DNA of 64,000 nucleotides, taken from the NCBI GenBank assembly GCA_964016885.1, contig OZ024755.1, positions 16,740,001 to 16,804,000 of the forward strand, in the 5' to 3' direction. The stretch's first letter is position 1; each line of letters begins with the position of its first letter. Below, piece after piece: positions 27,601 to 42,600 of the stretch. Under the pieces are notes generated by a model. It worked only from the letters and a program-made list of their open reading frames with translations, was not told the DNA's origin and searched no databases. The DNA comes from Eledone cirrhosa. Its lineage: Eukaryota. A program made the position numbers and the translations under genes.

Positions 27601-30600
27601 ACTGGACAGGACACCAACCTGTCACAGGGTTAAACTCCCAGCTATTACTGGTACTCATTTTCAGCTGAGTATACTGGAGCAATTTAAAATGAAGTGTTTT
27701 GCTCAAGAACAAAACACACAACCCAGCCAAGGAATTAAACCCACAACATTATGATTGTAAGTCCAACACCACCACTAGGCCACTCATTTCCAGTTTTACA
27801 TATTTCTGGATTAATTAGTTTTGCATATCATTAATTTGTGTTATTTTTCTTTCTGATTTAGCTTCCAAAGACCTCTTTTAGTCATTCTTGATAGAAGCTT
27901 GGATTTAGTTTCTTTACTTCATCACACATGGACCTACCAAGCTCTGTCGCATGATGTTTTGGTAAGATTTGTTTTCCCTATAGGTATGTATGTGTGTGTA
28001 TGAGAGTGTGAGTGAGTAAGAGAGAGATAGAGAGAGAGATCTTGAATTAGCCATGTATCATCATCATCATCATCATCATCATCGTTTAACGTCAGCTTTC
28101 CCTGCAAGCAAGGGTTGGACAGGTCTACATAGACCAAATCAGTACTGAAGCAGGGCTACTGACCTCCCTGACAAGCCGAGTGGTCTGCATCTCACTTATG
28201 TATGGTCATACATTTTATCAAGTGCAGAGGAGAAATTATCATGTCTTTTGACACAAACTGAAGGGTCCTCCCAACCCCTTGTTTGGGAGAAATGACAGTT
28301 GAATGAATTCTTAAAAATATAAGCAAAATGAGGTTAAAAAATGTATTTGAACTTGTGAATATTTCTATAGTGTTTTATTGCATAGAAATATAATTAAAAC
28401 TCAGCAACGTTTAGAAAACATCTGAAATGAAAAATATGAATCACCAGCATCAGCATTTTACGTCCGTACACTCTGTACAATCTATACAATCTCTGATCTC
28501 TTCAGTGCTCCAAAGATGTAAATACTGTGATATACATAAAGAGCATGGTGTCCTCCTGCTTTTCAGTTACTCACAAGACAAGGGGAGGCTTGTAGTGTTT
28601 ACCTCCTCCTCCTTCACAAATTCAACCTCATGGACCTTAGTTTGTTAAAGCCCATTTTCATCTCTGGTAACTTCACATATATAGCATCACTAAAACAGCC
28701 CCTGATATAGTAGGCTTCTTCTTCAGGACTATATAATCATACAACTTTGTAGTGGTGGGGGATTACAAAATACAGTTTGACAGCAAGCATGTAAAAATAG
28801 ATGTAAAAACGATGATGATGATGACTTTGTTTTCTACATTAATATTATTCTCTGTTTTGGTAGGATTTGAAACTAAACAAGGTTGAAATTGAAGAATGCA
28901 CAGAAGTTATGTCTCCAAGTGGAACTTCACGCCCAAAGAAGAAGAAGAAAAACTATGCTTTTAGCTTTTCTGATAAGTTTTGGCAAACCCATAAAGGAAG
29001 GTAAGTCTCTTTGGTATTACCATCTTCTTTAAAACACCCTGTGTTCTTCTTTTACATGCATCACATGTCCATACCAGTGCAGTCATCCCTCTTGCACATT
29101 ATATCTGATTCACCTTCAACCTCCACTATTTCATTGGTATTTATTTTATGGATCCTGGAGGATAAAAGGCAAAGTAGACATTTGGTGAGATTTGAACTGA
29201 AAATGTTATAGGACATAATCAAATATTGTTATAGATACAACTTAGCTTCAGTTGAGTCACTGACTGACAACCTCATTAGTGCTGGTACCTCGACAAAACA
29301 CACCCAGTACACACTGTAAAGTGGTTGAGGATAGGAAGGGCCTCAAGCTGTAGAAATCATGCCAAAAAGGACTGACAGGACCTTTCAGTTGTGTCAAGAG
29401 CACAGCAACCTCTCTAGTCTTGCTGATATGATAAAACACACCCAGTACACTCTGTAAGGAAGTTGATGATAGGGAGGGCCTCAAGGTGTAGAAATCATGC
29501 CAAAAAGGACTGAGAGTACCCTTCAGTTGAGTCAAGAGTATAACAACCTCTCTAGTGTTGGAGGCATGATAAAACACACTTATTACACACTGTAAGGTGG
29601 TTGATGATAGGAAGGGAATCTAGCCATTAAAAACTTGCGAAACAAAGTTTTGAGAAGATTCTTCAGCGGTGTGAAAGACATGATAACCTTTCTAGTGCTG
29701 GTGCCGTCATAATATGCACAGTACACTCTGAAGAGTGGGGGAAACATGTGAGATGAGCTCCTGGCCTATCTGAGAGATCAGTGGCTCTGATTAAATGCTG
29801 GCTTGGCCTGCGATGACCCATGCAACTTTTGCTTGCAGGGAAATTGAATGTTAAATAATGATGGTGTTGTTATTTTGCAGCTTTTGCTAAATGAGAAATG
29901 TAAATGTTCATTTGTGCTTGATTTAACTATTTTTCAGCCCTTTCCCTACAGTTGCTGAAGCTATTCAGGAAGAACTAGACTCTTACAGGGCAGAAGAAGA
30001 TGAAGTGAAGAAATTAAAAGCAGCAATGGTGATTATTTCTGAAATACTTAATTTAGTAAACAACGAATTCAATTTTTTTTTACGGTCTTATATGGAATAT
30101 GAATTTCAAAATAGATTTTTCTCTGTAAAATTATTTTTTTTGGGGGGGAAAGCTTAAAGACCATTGGTGAAATGGTGGGGTAGGGTCAACTTATATATGT
30201 CATCTGAACAATGTGTTGATTAGCTACCTCAGTTTATAAATGGAGTTTGAATTTTTGCCCATTTCTCTGACATAGAATAAGGGATGGGGGTTGGCTTATA
30301 TTCGAGTATAGTTGGTAGTTTTTTTTTGTTTGTTTTTTTACATCTCAAAACTGGTTTACTTTTGTATTTTTCAGGGTTTGGAAAGAGAAGATGATTCAGC
30401 CATTAGTATGTTGTCAGATAACACAGCCAAGCTTACTTCCGCTGTCAGGTAAATATTTGTCTTTGATTCTTTTTAACATCGTTTGTCATTTTTTTTCATG
30501 AATCCATTTCTTGAAATTTTATCTATTTCTTGAAAAGTAGGAAAATATTGAACTGGTTGACCCATTTAACCCTTGCTAGTAAGGAAGGCAGATGTTAAAT

Positions 30601-33600
30601 GATGATGATGATGATGATGGATGTATTCAAATATCCTACATAAGAGAATCATCCGTTGTTTTGTAACTTACTTAATCAGATGTAAAATAAAATAATGATG
30701 TTTGATTTAGGTACAAGGCCAACAATTTTAGGGGAGGGGAAAATCGATTAAATCGATCCTAGTGCTTTACTGGTGCTTTATTTATTGACCCCGTAAGGAT
30801 AAAATGCAAAGCTAACTTTGACAGGATTTGAACTCAGAATGTAAAAGGGCTATAACTATAGGCTGTAAAGCATATTGGTCGATGCTCTACCGATTCTGCC
30901 AATCCACTGCCCTTGTAAAATAGAATAATAGTAATCATAATCAGACAGATTTTTAAAAATGTTATATTGTGCAACTAAACTGCTACTCATATCATATTCA
31001 ATTTGCAGTTCTCTACCAGAGCTTTTAGAGAAGAAACGCCTCATTGACATGCATACCAATATTGCAACTGCACTTCTGGAACAAATCAAGGTAGTGTTGG
31101 ATTAATACCTTTTGTAAACTTTACTAAACACTCTTCATTCTTTGAACTTATGTTTATGTAATAAACAGCTTTGTTAAATAGTTACTCACTGCTGTTAAAA
31201 TATAGTTAGTGGCAACAGATATTAACTGCTGTTAAAATATAGTTAGTAGCATAAACTATATAAACAAATGGTGATATAATGAACAGCTTAGTTAAATAAC
31301 TATTCCTTGTAGATATTTGAATATAAGCCAAAGAATATGTGACCCAAAAAAGAAATGTCATAACACCAATATAACAACCTGACCATAGATATGATTCAGA
31401 AAAAAGTGTTAGGTTTTAATTTATTGAAATATGTTATTTTGAATAACATTTATTTGCTTTTCTTTTTTCTTTCTAAAATATTTAGGCAAGAAAACTTGAT
31501 GTTTATTTTGAAACAGAAGAGAAAATGATGAGCAAATCAGTTCTGGTAAGTTTTATAATGTGTTGGTGTATCTTAAGCAGCATGTTTATATACATATTTT
31601 CTTTACACAACACTTCCCAACAACAGGACAAATGAGTTACAATAAACCTAAACTACCCAAGTTACACCATACAAAATACTCAGTTAATACAACAAAATGC
31701 ATTCACCAAAATACTTTACATCTTCTCTTCTTCTTATACAGCTTTTTATATTTTTTTTTTTTTGTAGGACAAATCTTTGATGGATATAATTTCAGATCCA
31801 GAAGGTGAGTTAAAAGTGTCATTTCATAGATAAGTATTGTATGTTTATAGAAGATATTATAAGTAATATATATAATACAGAAGACCTGCCTTCCCTACGT
31901 ACAAAGTTAACCTTCAGTCAGTAGGCCCCCTCCTAACCAAATATCACCCCAACCCACTACCCCTACTCCATCCTCCCACTCCCACCAACACCACCCTTTC
32001 TCTGTAAAGTTATGTTGGTACCACAACATCCAGTCCAAACTAAAGAAGTCATGTAGGTGTCATGACAAAAAAAACACACCCACAGTCCACGCTGTAAAGT
32101 GGTCGTGTAGGAAACACGGTAAAAAGGCTCCCAGTCCACACTGTAAATGTGGTTGGTGTTAGGAAGGGCATCCAGCTGTAGAAAACCTGCCAGGTACAGT
32201 CCTATTCGAGCAAGACACGGTCACCCGATCAATCTTGCCTCAAGTGGGACAATTCCCGTCTAACCCATGCTAGTGTGGAAGACGGACGTTAAACGATGAT
32301 GATCATAGAAGATATGTGGTGATGATATACACGTATTGTCCTATAACTCCAGATGGAGTTGTAGGCGCTCCCTATTGACATACTGCATTTCTAGGCCATT
32401 GTTAAACTTGGCGGAGCCCAATCCTCTCCAGGTCTGAATACAACAGATTTCTTCCAGAGAAGGATAGAGAGGGGGGAAAGAAAGGAAGTGAGGAAGAGAC
32501 GAGGAAGAATTGACCCCAATACTTAACTGGTACTTTTCTTTTTTTCAATCTCGAATGGATGAAAGGCGAAGTTGACCTCAGTAGGATTTGAACTCAGAGA
32601 GCAGATAGCTGAAACAAATACTGCAAAACATTCTATCCAACATTTTAATGACTGCCAACTCACCACCTATGATGATGATATATATAATTGTTTCTACTTT
32701 TGGCACAAGGCCAGCAATAACCCAGTACATTACTGGTACTTTATTTTATCGACCCCGTAAGGATGAAAGGCAAAGTTAACCTCGGCGGGATTTGAACTCA
32801 GAATGGCAAGAGCCGTAACTCTATGCGTCAAAGCATGGCGTCCGACCCTCTACCGATACGGCCAATCCACCTCCATTTGATGATATATATAATGAAATAT
32901 TCTGATATATGTCAATGTTTTTCTTTTTCTTGTATTTTAATTATAGATTAATCTTTTGAATTTTCTAGATTATTGTTATCTTTTATTGTCTAATTCGATT
33001 CATATCTGAATGATAAGGTGAACAGACAGGTTTCATTGAAACACACATACAATTGTTGTCTGTTTCAATTATGTCTGTTAGCCTTCAATTGTTGTGTCTA
33101 TTTCAATTGTGTCTGTTATCCTTCAATAAAAACTATGATTTGTGTTATAATTGAAAAATGGACAAGGCTTTTTTTATGTTTTCAGTTCCTTGTTAGTCCA
33201 CTAGATTTGATTTTCATCATCATCACCTTCATTATTTTACATTGATTTCGGCAATGTGTTTGGCAGGATTGTTAAAGCATAGAACAAAATATCTGGCAGT
33301 ATTTGTTTCAGCTGTCTGTGTTATTGTGTGTGTAGGTATATGAGGTCAAATTCCACTGAGGATGGTAAAATAAAATACCAGTCTAGGACAGTGGATTGCT
33401 TAAATAGTCTGTGTTCGATAAGTATGGATGGTGTCTATGGTGGGATGCCCTTCCTAACACCAAACACTTTACACAGTGTACAGGATGGGCCCCATTGCCA
33501 AGGAAGGGCACTTGATGGCACTGTAACCCCTCGCCCTTCTACTTATCAATGGTGGAGCCTCAGATTTAAAGAAAAATTTACTGTGATATGCTTATTCTGA

Positions 33601-36600
33601 AACTCTGCCTTAGAATTACTGCAAATTAAAGCATCTACCTTGAATGTTTTGAATTCCCCCTGAGCACCAAACCCAGTGACTGGGTAGATCAAATTAAAAC
33701 AACCTAACTTTTACTTTTTTTAAATTCATTAGCTTTTGCATTTGTTTGCATATATTATAATTTTAAAAGTATCACCTATCTAACATCTCATTATTTTTAC
33801 TAATTTCCAGCTGGTAATCCTGAGGACAAAATACGTTTATTCATAATTTCTATGATATGTGGACCATCTATGACTGATGTAAGTATTAACACTTTCTTAT
33901 GTCTGCCTTCTCTAAAAATAAAACAAGTCTAAAGTCTGTCTTTAGCCCGGAGGCTCAACAGGCTGGTGTTTATCCCAGTTTCCGTGGGATTAAGCAACTG
34001 AAAATACAAGACTCCAGCCCCTTCCCCTAGACAGGATGCCAGTCTATCGCAGGGTTAACTCCCCAGCTATTATTGGTACTCATTTTCGTAAGTCCAACAC
34101 TAGACTGCTAGACTAAGTGCCTTCTTCACTTTGTAATTGAGCTCCTCTTTACACTGATAGATATAATCTATCACCCAGTTTATCACCACCGCCTTGGATG
34201 TTTTTAACAGAGTCTACTCTGTTGCAAGCATTTAGGCCAGGCCTTCAGTTTAGGATACATTCCTCCCACCTCATTTGTCTTGGAGACCCTGAAAAGGGCA
34301 AAAGAGTAAGGGACATTGATCTCTTCTCCTTGACCTAACAGAAAAAAAATGTGTGTGTGTATGTATAAATATGGAATATTTAATAGTATGTATCTAAATG
34401 TAGGCGGCAAATTGGCAGAGTCGTTAGAATATTGGGTAGAATGCTTTGGAGTACTTGATCCGGCTCTCTGCTCTCTCAGTTCATCCTTTTGAGGTCGATA
34501 AAATAATACCAGTCTAGTACTGGGGTCGATTCTTCCTCTATGTCTCTGTCTCACTCTCTATCCTTCTCTGGAAGAAATCTGTTGCATTCTGACTTGGGGA
34601 GATGGGCTCCACCAGGCTTAAACTACCCAAGAAACATATGCAACTACAGCAACTCTACGACTCCATCAGGAGCTACGGAATCATACACTACCATCTAAAC
34701 ATGCATGTGATTCTTTACCCTCTTACCAGTTTCAGCCATATGGCTCTATGTATTTAGAGAAATTTTCAGTTTGTATGTAGAAACATCGTTTTTAAATTAA
34801 CACTACAATTTCATTTTAACACATCACAACGTCTTCACTTTACTATGTCATGATGGAATATATTTTAAATTTTGAGGAAGATTTTTGAAATTATATATTT
34901 ATGTATATATTTTTATACTTTGTGTTTCAAAGGGTGAAAGAGTCAAGTTCAATTAGACAAAAAATATTTCAAAAACGTATAAAAAGGAGGAGTTGTTTCC
35001 CATGATGTTAAAGTTTATTATTTTATTTTTTGTTCAAGAAAAAGCAAAATGTAAACGTAAAGATTTGATACCAATAAAATGTAATATATATATATATATT
35101 ATATATATATATAATATATATAGATATATAAATGACTAGGTCACGAATTTGATAGCTCTTCCACTCTGCACCACCGTGTACAATCTGGGGAGATAGTCAT
35201 AATACGACCATGACATTTTAGGACATAAATAAATATAATAATGGTAATACCCATCAATTCACAGGTTAATATTATTAGAATTAAAGTTATTGGAAATGGT
35301 CAAATCAAAATTCAAAAATTCATATCAAGATGCCTAATATTTTGCACATGCAAAGGTTTGCAAGTATTGCTCAGAGGATGATGGGCATAGAATTAATGAT
35401 GAATGTTATGAAGAGAAATAGAATGAGATGGTTAGGTCATGTGTTGATAAAAGTCACTGGGTGAGAGGAGTGATGAAAATGAATGTGGAATGAAGTAGAT
35501 TTTAAGTGAGTTTGCAAAATATCTAACACAAAACTGCACAAAATAACACATTTTAATTCATTTAATTTCTTTTTTATTCTTTTTCTTTCATATTTATCCA
35601 TTCTTTGTAAACTCTATCTAGACTAATATAATTTCCATTTAATTGATAGCTTTTGATTCTCATTAGCATATTCAAGTTACATTGATCTAAATGGTTTCTC
35701 AGTTTGTTTTTGAGTTGATTCATGAGGCTAAAACCTCTCTCACAGTCTGCACTAGATGCAAGGAAAGTCCCACCTATGTCCATCAACTTCGCAAGGTCAC
35801 AAAACTGTTCATTGTGAAATGTAAATGCCACCATTTGAGCAAAGTTTAAAATTAATTTAGATTTAATCTTTTCTTGTACAGAAAATTTAAAATCATTAAA
35901 CTGTTTGACTATTGTAGTATTATTTTGAGCTAGAAAGCCATATTTTATACATAAAGCATGGATTTGATCTTCACCAAATGTGAAGTCACAGTCTATAAGT
36001 GCCGAGACATCAAATGCAGACCATTCTTGTACCTCATCTTCAGGAAATCTTTCTTCTAAATGTATACAAAGATGGTCTATAAACGTCAACAGTGAACTTA
36101 TATCTACCGTTGTATTATTTTCATCATGTTGTTGGCTGAACAAAATTCTAACTTTATCACTCCATGAAATATTGGTTCCCAAATACTGCTTTCTTATCTT
36201 GTTAATCTTGCCTCGAGCAAAATGGAGTGAATCAATTGTTGTGATGTCATTCTTTTGCAGAATCTTGGACAGTGCAGTCAGTTCTTCAAAGACATCGCTT
36301 AGAACATGCAAAGCTACTTTATATGTGATGTCTGTCAATGTCTCATGACAATATCTAGCCACAGGGTCATTTGACTTATTTTCTTCAAAATATGTGATGA
36401 GAGCTTCATAACTATTTATTATTGCCTGCAATGCGAAATGTCTAGATAACCACCTGATTTCATTAACTGGTCTGTAAGCAACAGCTTCGTTTTCAGAAAC
36501 CGTTGTGATTTCTTTAAATTTACAATTATTGCTTGAAGATCGTGAAAACACGGTATAGATTGTTCTTATGAGAATTTCAACGTCTCTTATTAACTGGACT

Positions 36601-39600
36601 TCTTTCCCTACATCACTAATTCCCAAGTCTTCATGGTGAGTTACACAATGTTGTTGAACTAAGTGAGGCATGGCTTGTTTAAGTCTTGCCACAACACCAT
36701 CACTACCTAACATTACTGATGCCCCATCTGATGTAAACATCACCATTTTATAGAGGTCGAGTTTCTTCTCATCATAAAATTGTTTGATCGCTGACACAAT
36801 AGAAGCAGCATCACATGCCCGAAGCTGGACTATTCCGCCGAAACACGTCTTATACGCTGTACACTCTTTAGGTCTGAATTTGAAATACAAAACGAGACAT
36901 TTGTTGATAGGTATGTCTGTAGTTTCATCAACTGTTAACGTGTGAAAATCTGCAGATGCTATTTCTTCAAATATGTCTTTCTGTACAATATAATCGATCG
37001 TCTGCAAAATTTCGAACGCATATTTTTTGCTTTGCCAGTTTTCAGGGAGTAGAACATACTTCGCCATATGTTCGTTTATATGTCGAACTGAATCTAAAGA
37101 ATCATCCATTTTAATAGCTAATAACACATTGTCGATGAAAACCTTCACTCCCTCCGGGTTCCATTGTTTTCTCTTTCGTTCATCATCTTCGATTTTAGGT
37201 AGCAAGGGTGCCCCGCCTGTAAAGAGCAATGACTGATCCTGCTGTCTTAACTTTTGTACACCGTTCAAATGTGATTTGCTTGTCAAATGCCGCTTCAAAA
37301 AGTCTAGTTTCCAAATACCATCCCATTTCTTTCCATTAGCAAATACTCCTGTGACTCCTGCATCTCGACAATACAAACACATGACTCCAGTTTCCGAATC
37401 ATACATGAATATTTCTCGTAGCTGAACATTCATAACCTCGTGAGCTTTCGGTGTAGCTGTTTCTACTATTTTGTTTAGCCATTCATATTTAAAGAAGCTT
37501 GCGGTTCTTCGACGCTTTACATCTCTCCCTTCTTTTATATACGACATTGTGAATCAAAAATAAAAAAAAAACGACCCTAAAATTTCAGCCATCTACAGGA
37601 TTTGAAACGGATCCTCGTAAACTTCACAATGTAAACATTGTCCATCGAACATAGATGACTGCAGCCTTGTTGCTGCTGAATTAACCGGAACAGGGTGGGG
37701 AGAGGGTGTAAATGTAAATTAGTATTGTGCAAATGTAATATTTGATAGTTAAAACGTACAGGTAGTTAAACGATAATTTTCAATGAGTATAATAATCATT
37801 AATTACTACGTTATTTTAAAACAACTGAACTTCTATGCACACACGAATTTCTTTGAGCGCTACTTGCAAACCATGTGCGCGCGCACACTTTCACAACTTA
37901 GAGGGAGGGGGCAATGCTTGTTTTATTCATAGTAAGAAAAAAGGGGAGGTAACTCAGAGTAAAAATTTCTTAATAAAATTTTATAGGTTTATTTTTTTAA
38001 CTTTACGCCTGCGTTATTTTGTTGATGTATTTATTATGTATTAATTGTAACAATTTCACCGACAAAGGCTTATAATAACCCTTTAAAAAAAAATATGTAT
38101 AGGCCGTTATATTTTTCGCGTTACTATTTTATAAAGTGTCAAAGTTTCATTGTAGTAGCATGGATATGGATAATATTTTATTTTACTGAAGCCTCTATTG
38201 AATATCAGGTGGGTAATTGGTAGAAGAGTTAGAATTGGGAGCTTTTTTTGTGGCACCAACTGTACCATCTTATTAGGTGAACTGGATACTTTTTTTGTTG
38301 TGGTACCAGAACTACCACCTTACATGGTGAACTGAGTCTTTTTGTTATGGCACCAGTATGACCCTCTTACAGGATATCCTTATAAACTATGTCCACATAG
38401 ACCTATTTAGCTGTTTTAATTATAGCTTTACTCTTACTTATGATCATGAATCTTGGGTAATGATCGAAAGAATACGATTGTGAATACAAGCGGCTGAAAT
38501 AGGGTCTTTGGAGATACGTTACTTGATAGTGTGTCACTCAGAGTTTCCCTAAGTAGAACCACTACTTTTCCGAATTGAGAGATCACAGCTCCGATATTAT
38601 GGACATGTGGCTAGAATATGTCATTGAAGAATCACTGGACAGATTTTACAGGCAAAGCCAACTGGCAGGAGACCCAGGAGTAGATCTACCCCGAGCAAGA
38701 TGGTTGGATAACATCCATGATTTCAGCTGGTCTTACTGAGGGATCCAGCTATTTCCTCCCATGGCCTTCCCAGGAATAAATAGGAAATACCCAAGAAAAA
38801 GAATTATAGATTTGATACCAATTATCTTCATTAATCTGCAGTCTGAGTGTAATGTTGCCGTTACGAAAATTATGCAACCAAGACCTAGCAAGACATACCA
38901 TTAAAACAACGAAACAGTTAAAACGACATTCATGTACAATCTTGTATATAAATTCATGGTGTGAATGTTTATCATTTGTTGGAGTTTTTCAAATATTTTC
39001 AAATATTTTTCTCTTGACCGCAGCAGAATTTGAACTCATAACATGAAGAGTTGGAACAAATACTGCCAAATATTTAGTCCTAGGTTTTAATAAGTCTGCC
39101 AGTTTCAATTCTGACAGTGCAGTATTTATTTGCTTCTCCTTCATAGTCCACTTAACATTTACAATGGTACAGCATCGCACAGCATGGTACAAAACTGTCC
39201 ATTGTTTGATTGTGATAAACATTGTTGATAACTACAGCTTGTATTATGCATGTTTCATTCTCATCGCCAAACATCTCCAGCCACTAACAAATTAAGTGCA
39301 ACTGTTTTCATGCTGTTTTGTTTTCTGCTTAATTAATCATTTGCATAAGCATCAGTTTTGTTATTTCTGAAACTACTAAAGTTAGGAAGTACAAATTACT
39401 AAGTCCAGTGATTACTAAGAATAAAAGAAAAACCTAGAATTTTTTCTTTCTCTTCAAAATGTTACATTTTGCTTGTTTTATAAAATTATTTGTACATTAA
39501 GTATGCAGCTTAGCTCTCTATTCAATATGTTGTATGCTTTGCAAATTATGGACTATATGAATAACAAAATCAGTTATAAAAAAAACAAACTGCAAAATTG

Positions 39601-42600
39601 GTACTTAGTAATACAATCTCTTTCATTTATTGGCAACTATATTAACCAATATTGGAAAATATTGATTACGAAATCAAATATTGACTATATATGATGGGGA
39701 AAAAAAAATTCTTCTTTTTGTTTTAATTTGCTAATTGTTTTTTGTTAATACTTAGACAAATATTTCTACCAATTATATTACAGAGTTGAAAATGAGACAC
39801 TCATGGCTGTAGCCATGCTGGTTCTCTTTCTTATTTTTTTCATTTTTTAAATTCTCTTCTTTGTTTCTTTGGTCTTATGTTGGAATCATTGGTTCTGGAA
39901 AGTTTTCATTATAGCTAGGCAGAATCGGTAGAGCGTTGGACAACATGCTTTGTAGCATATAGTTACAGCCCTTTATATTCTGCGTTCAAACCCTGCCGAG
40001 GTTAACTTTGCCTTTCATCCTTACATCCTTATGGGGTTGATAAAATAAAATACCAGTAATGCACCGGGGTCAATTTAATCAACTCTCTCCCACCAAAATT
40101 GTTGGACTTGTGCCTTAATCAGAAACTATTATTGTATTTACATTTGAGCGTTGGAATTGCAGAATCATTAGAGCATAAGACAAAATGTTACCCAACATTT
40201 GTTTCACCTCCTTACATTCTGAGTTCAAATCTTGCTGAGGTCAACTTTGGCTTTCATCCTTCCGGGGTTGATAAAATAAAGTACCAGTCAAATACTGGAG
40301 TACCTAAAATCAATTTCCTCCTCCTTTTCTTCTTTACCCACATATTCCTGGGAGGGTTGTGGAGGCAGAGTCCTCAAACACACCTTATAGTTATTTCCAA
40401 GTGAAACCAGCTGAGCTCATGGATGTTATCTAACCATCTTATTTATGGTCTACCTCTTGGTCCTCAACTGACTGGCTTTGCCCGTCAAGGCAATTATTGA
40501 AACTTTTAAATGACTTGAAGTATGTTGATGTATTTTTAGCCCATCTGGGCATTTCACACATATCTGGGATGGTATTTACCAATACATTATCATTGGCAGA
40601 GAGGACAGTGTATCAAATGTGTTTACTGAAATCTTAAACCTTGGCTTAAAGTTATTTTGGTATTTATAACATAGCTAAGCATTACCCTCTCTCTCTCACA
40701 CATGTATATACATACACGTGCACATATAAACATACGGGAGAGTGCAGTCTTCTATGCTACTCTCATACATACACACACATGAACTGAACGCATTAAATAG
40801 TTAGTTATCTAATTGATATACAAACTTCATTGGCCATTACACTATAATCCTTAGTTCATTGACATATTGTGCCCAACGTTTCTGTGACCTCGTGAACATG
40901 ATATAAAGATATACTGGCATATCATCATCATCGTTTAATGTCCATTTTCCACACTAGCAAGGCTTAGACAAGTTGTCCCATTGTCAGACAAGTCAGATCA
41001 GGTGACCATGTCCTGCTCATACAGAACTGCTTCTGTCTTGGTTTCTACAGCTGGATGCCCTTCCTAATGGCAACCACATTTACAGTGTGGACTGGGTGCT
41101 TTTTGTCATAGCACCAACAGGACCACTTTAAAGAGTGGACTGGATGCTATTTGTTTTTTTACCAACATGACCACCTTAAAACGACCAGCTAACAGGTTTG
41201 ATTGGGTACTTTTTTATCATGTGGGAAGGGTGTTTTTTGTCATGTAACCAACATGATCACTTTATAAGGTTCTATATCTATGTTGATAATGTTTCATATA
41301 ATTTGTCATTGTAACAGGCAAATATCCTGTATTAGACAAGACCATCTAAAATATTGTGTAGAGAGAATATGGTGTTTCCCAAAGGCATTTATTGAAATTT
41401 TTAAATGTTGTCTCCCAAAACACTTGCAGTATTAGTTAGATGTGTTTCCTACAGTCTTGTTCCAGTCTGTGTCATCTGGCACACACAGTTGTCATCTGGC
41501 ACACACAGTTGTCATCTGGCACACACATTACATACATTAACATAGATAAAAACCAGCCGATGACGTTGTTGTTTATGTATTATAGTGTACTGTATACTGC
41601 AGTTTAATGTCAACAGAACTACAGAGGTTGTCTGCAACTAGGTTAAAGAGTACCCTCTACTTTGTATCAGCTTTTGCCCTCCTAGTGGGGTTGTCTGTGT
41701 TGTAGCATATGGAGTCTATATCTTCCCTGTTTGGGGCCGAGTTTTATGGCTTGATGCCCTATTCTAGGGATGGTGGTGGTGGTAGTGGGGGCTATGATTG
41801 CAATGTCTTTGTATCTGTACAGTTGCTCTGAGGCAGATGGCTTAGTGGTTAGGGTATCCGGCTCAAGATCCTGAAGTCATCAGTTTGAGTCCTTGAGCTG
41901 TGCCATCCTGAATTTCTCAGAATGTTGTGTAAAGGATACACAAGTCTGTGGAATGCTCTGCCACTTGTACATTAATTTCATGAGCAAGCTGATCCATTGA
42001 TCCAACCATATTTCTAATGAAAGACACTGCTTATAATTTTCAAATTATCTTCAAAACAATTAAGAATTTGGAGTGATTTAGTAATATAACTTTATATACT
42101 TGAATATAAGCTGAGGGATATGTGACAAAAATAATCGATGGTAGAGGGGGGGGGGGGGGTCAAGGGTCAACATATTTTTGGGGTCAATATTTTGACAATT
42201 TTTAAATTATTTTGACATATTTCAAATTATATTGACAAACTTCAAATTATACATAAATAAGGTTTGGATTTTTGCTCATTTCTCAAACTTTGGAAGGTCG
42301 GGACTTATATTTAAGTATATATGATAATTTTCTCATTATGATGGAAGTTTTTTTTTTTTTAGATAAATATAAACACTTTAAAAGAAACAGAGTAGAAACA
42401 GGGCCAGGGGTTTCTAGCTGTTTGGTATCAAAAAGGTTAAAAAAAAATACTTAATCATATCTCTCACTCAGCAAAATGCTTTCATGCTTTTATTCTCTTA
42501 AAAAAAAAAATTAAACACATGGACAACATTTTTTTTTTCTATTTTCTCTTCCTTTCTTCACTCAATTATATATTGAAATGATAAATGGAAATGAGATACC

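Noticed and set aside
35980-37236. Plus-strand ORFs of 122 aa and 69 aa
   Set aside because: Antisense shadows of the 657-aa ORF; they do not fit the SCFD1 protein
35330-37740. Possible TIR pair around the nested ORF (ATTTTGCACA near 35340; TGTGCAAAT near 37726)
   Set aside because: Only about 8-9 nt match in AT-rich DNA, with no hAT-type terminus and no 8-bp TSD
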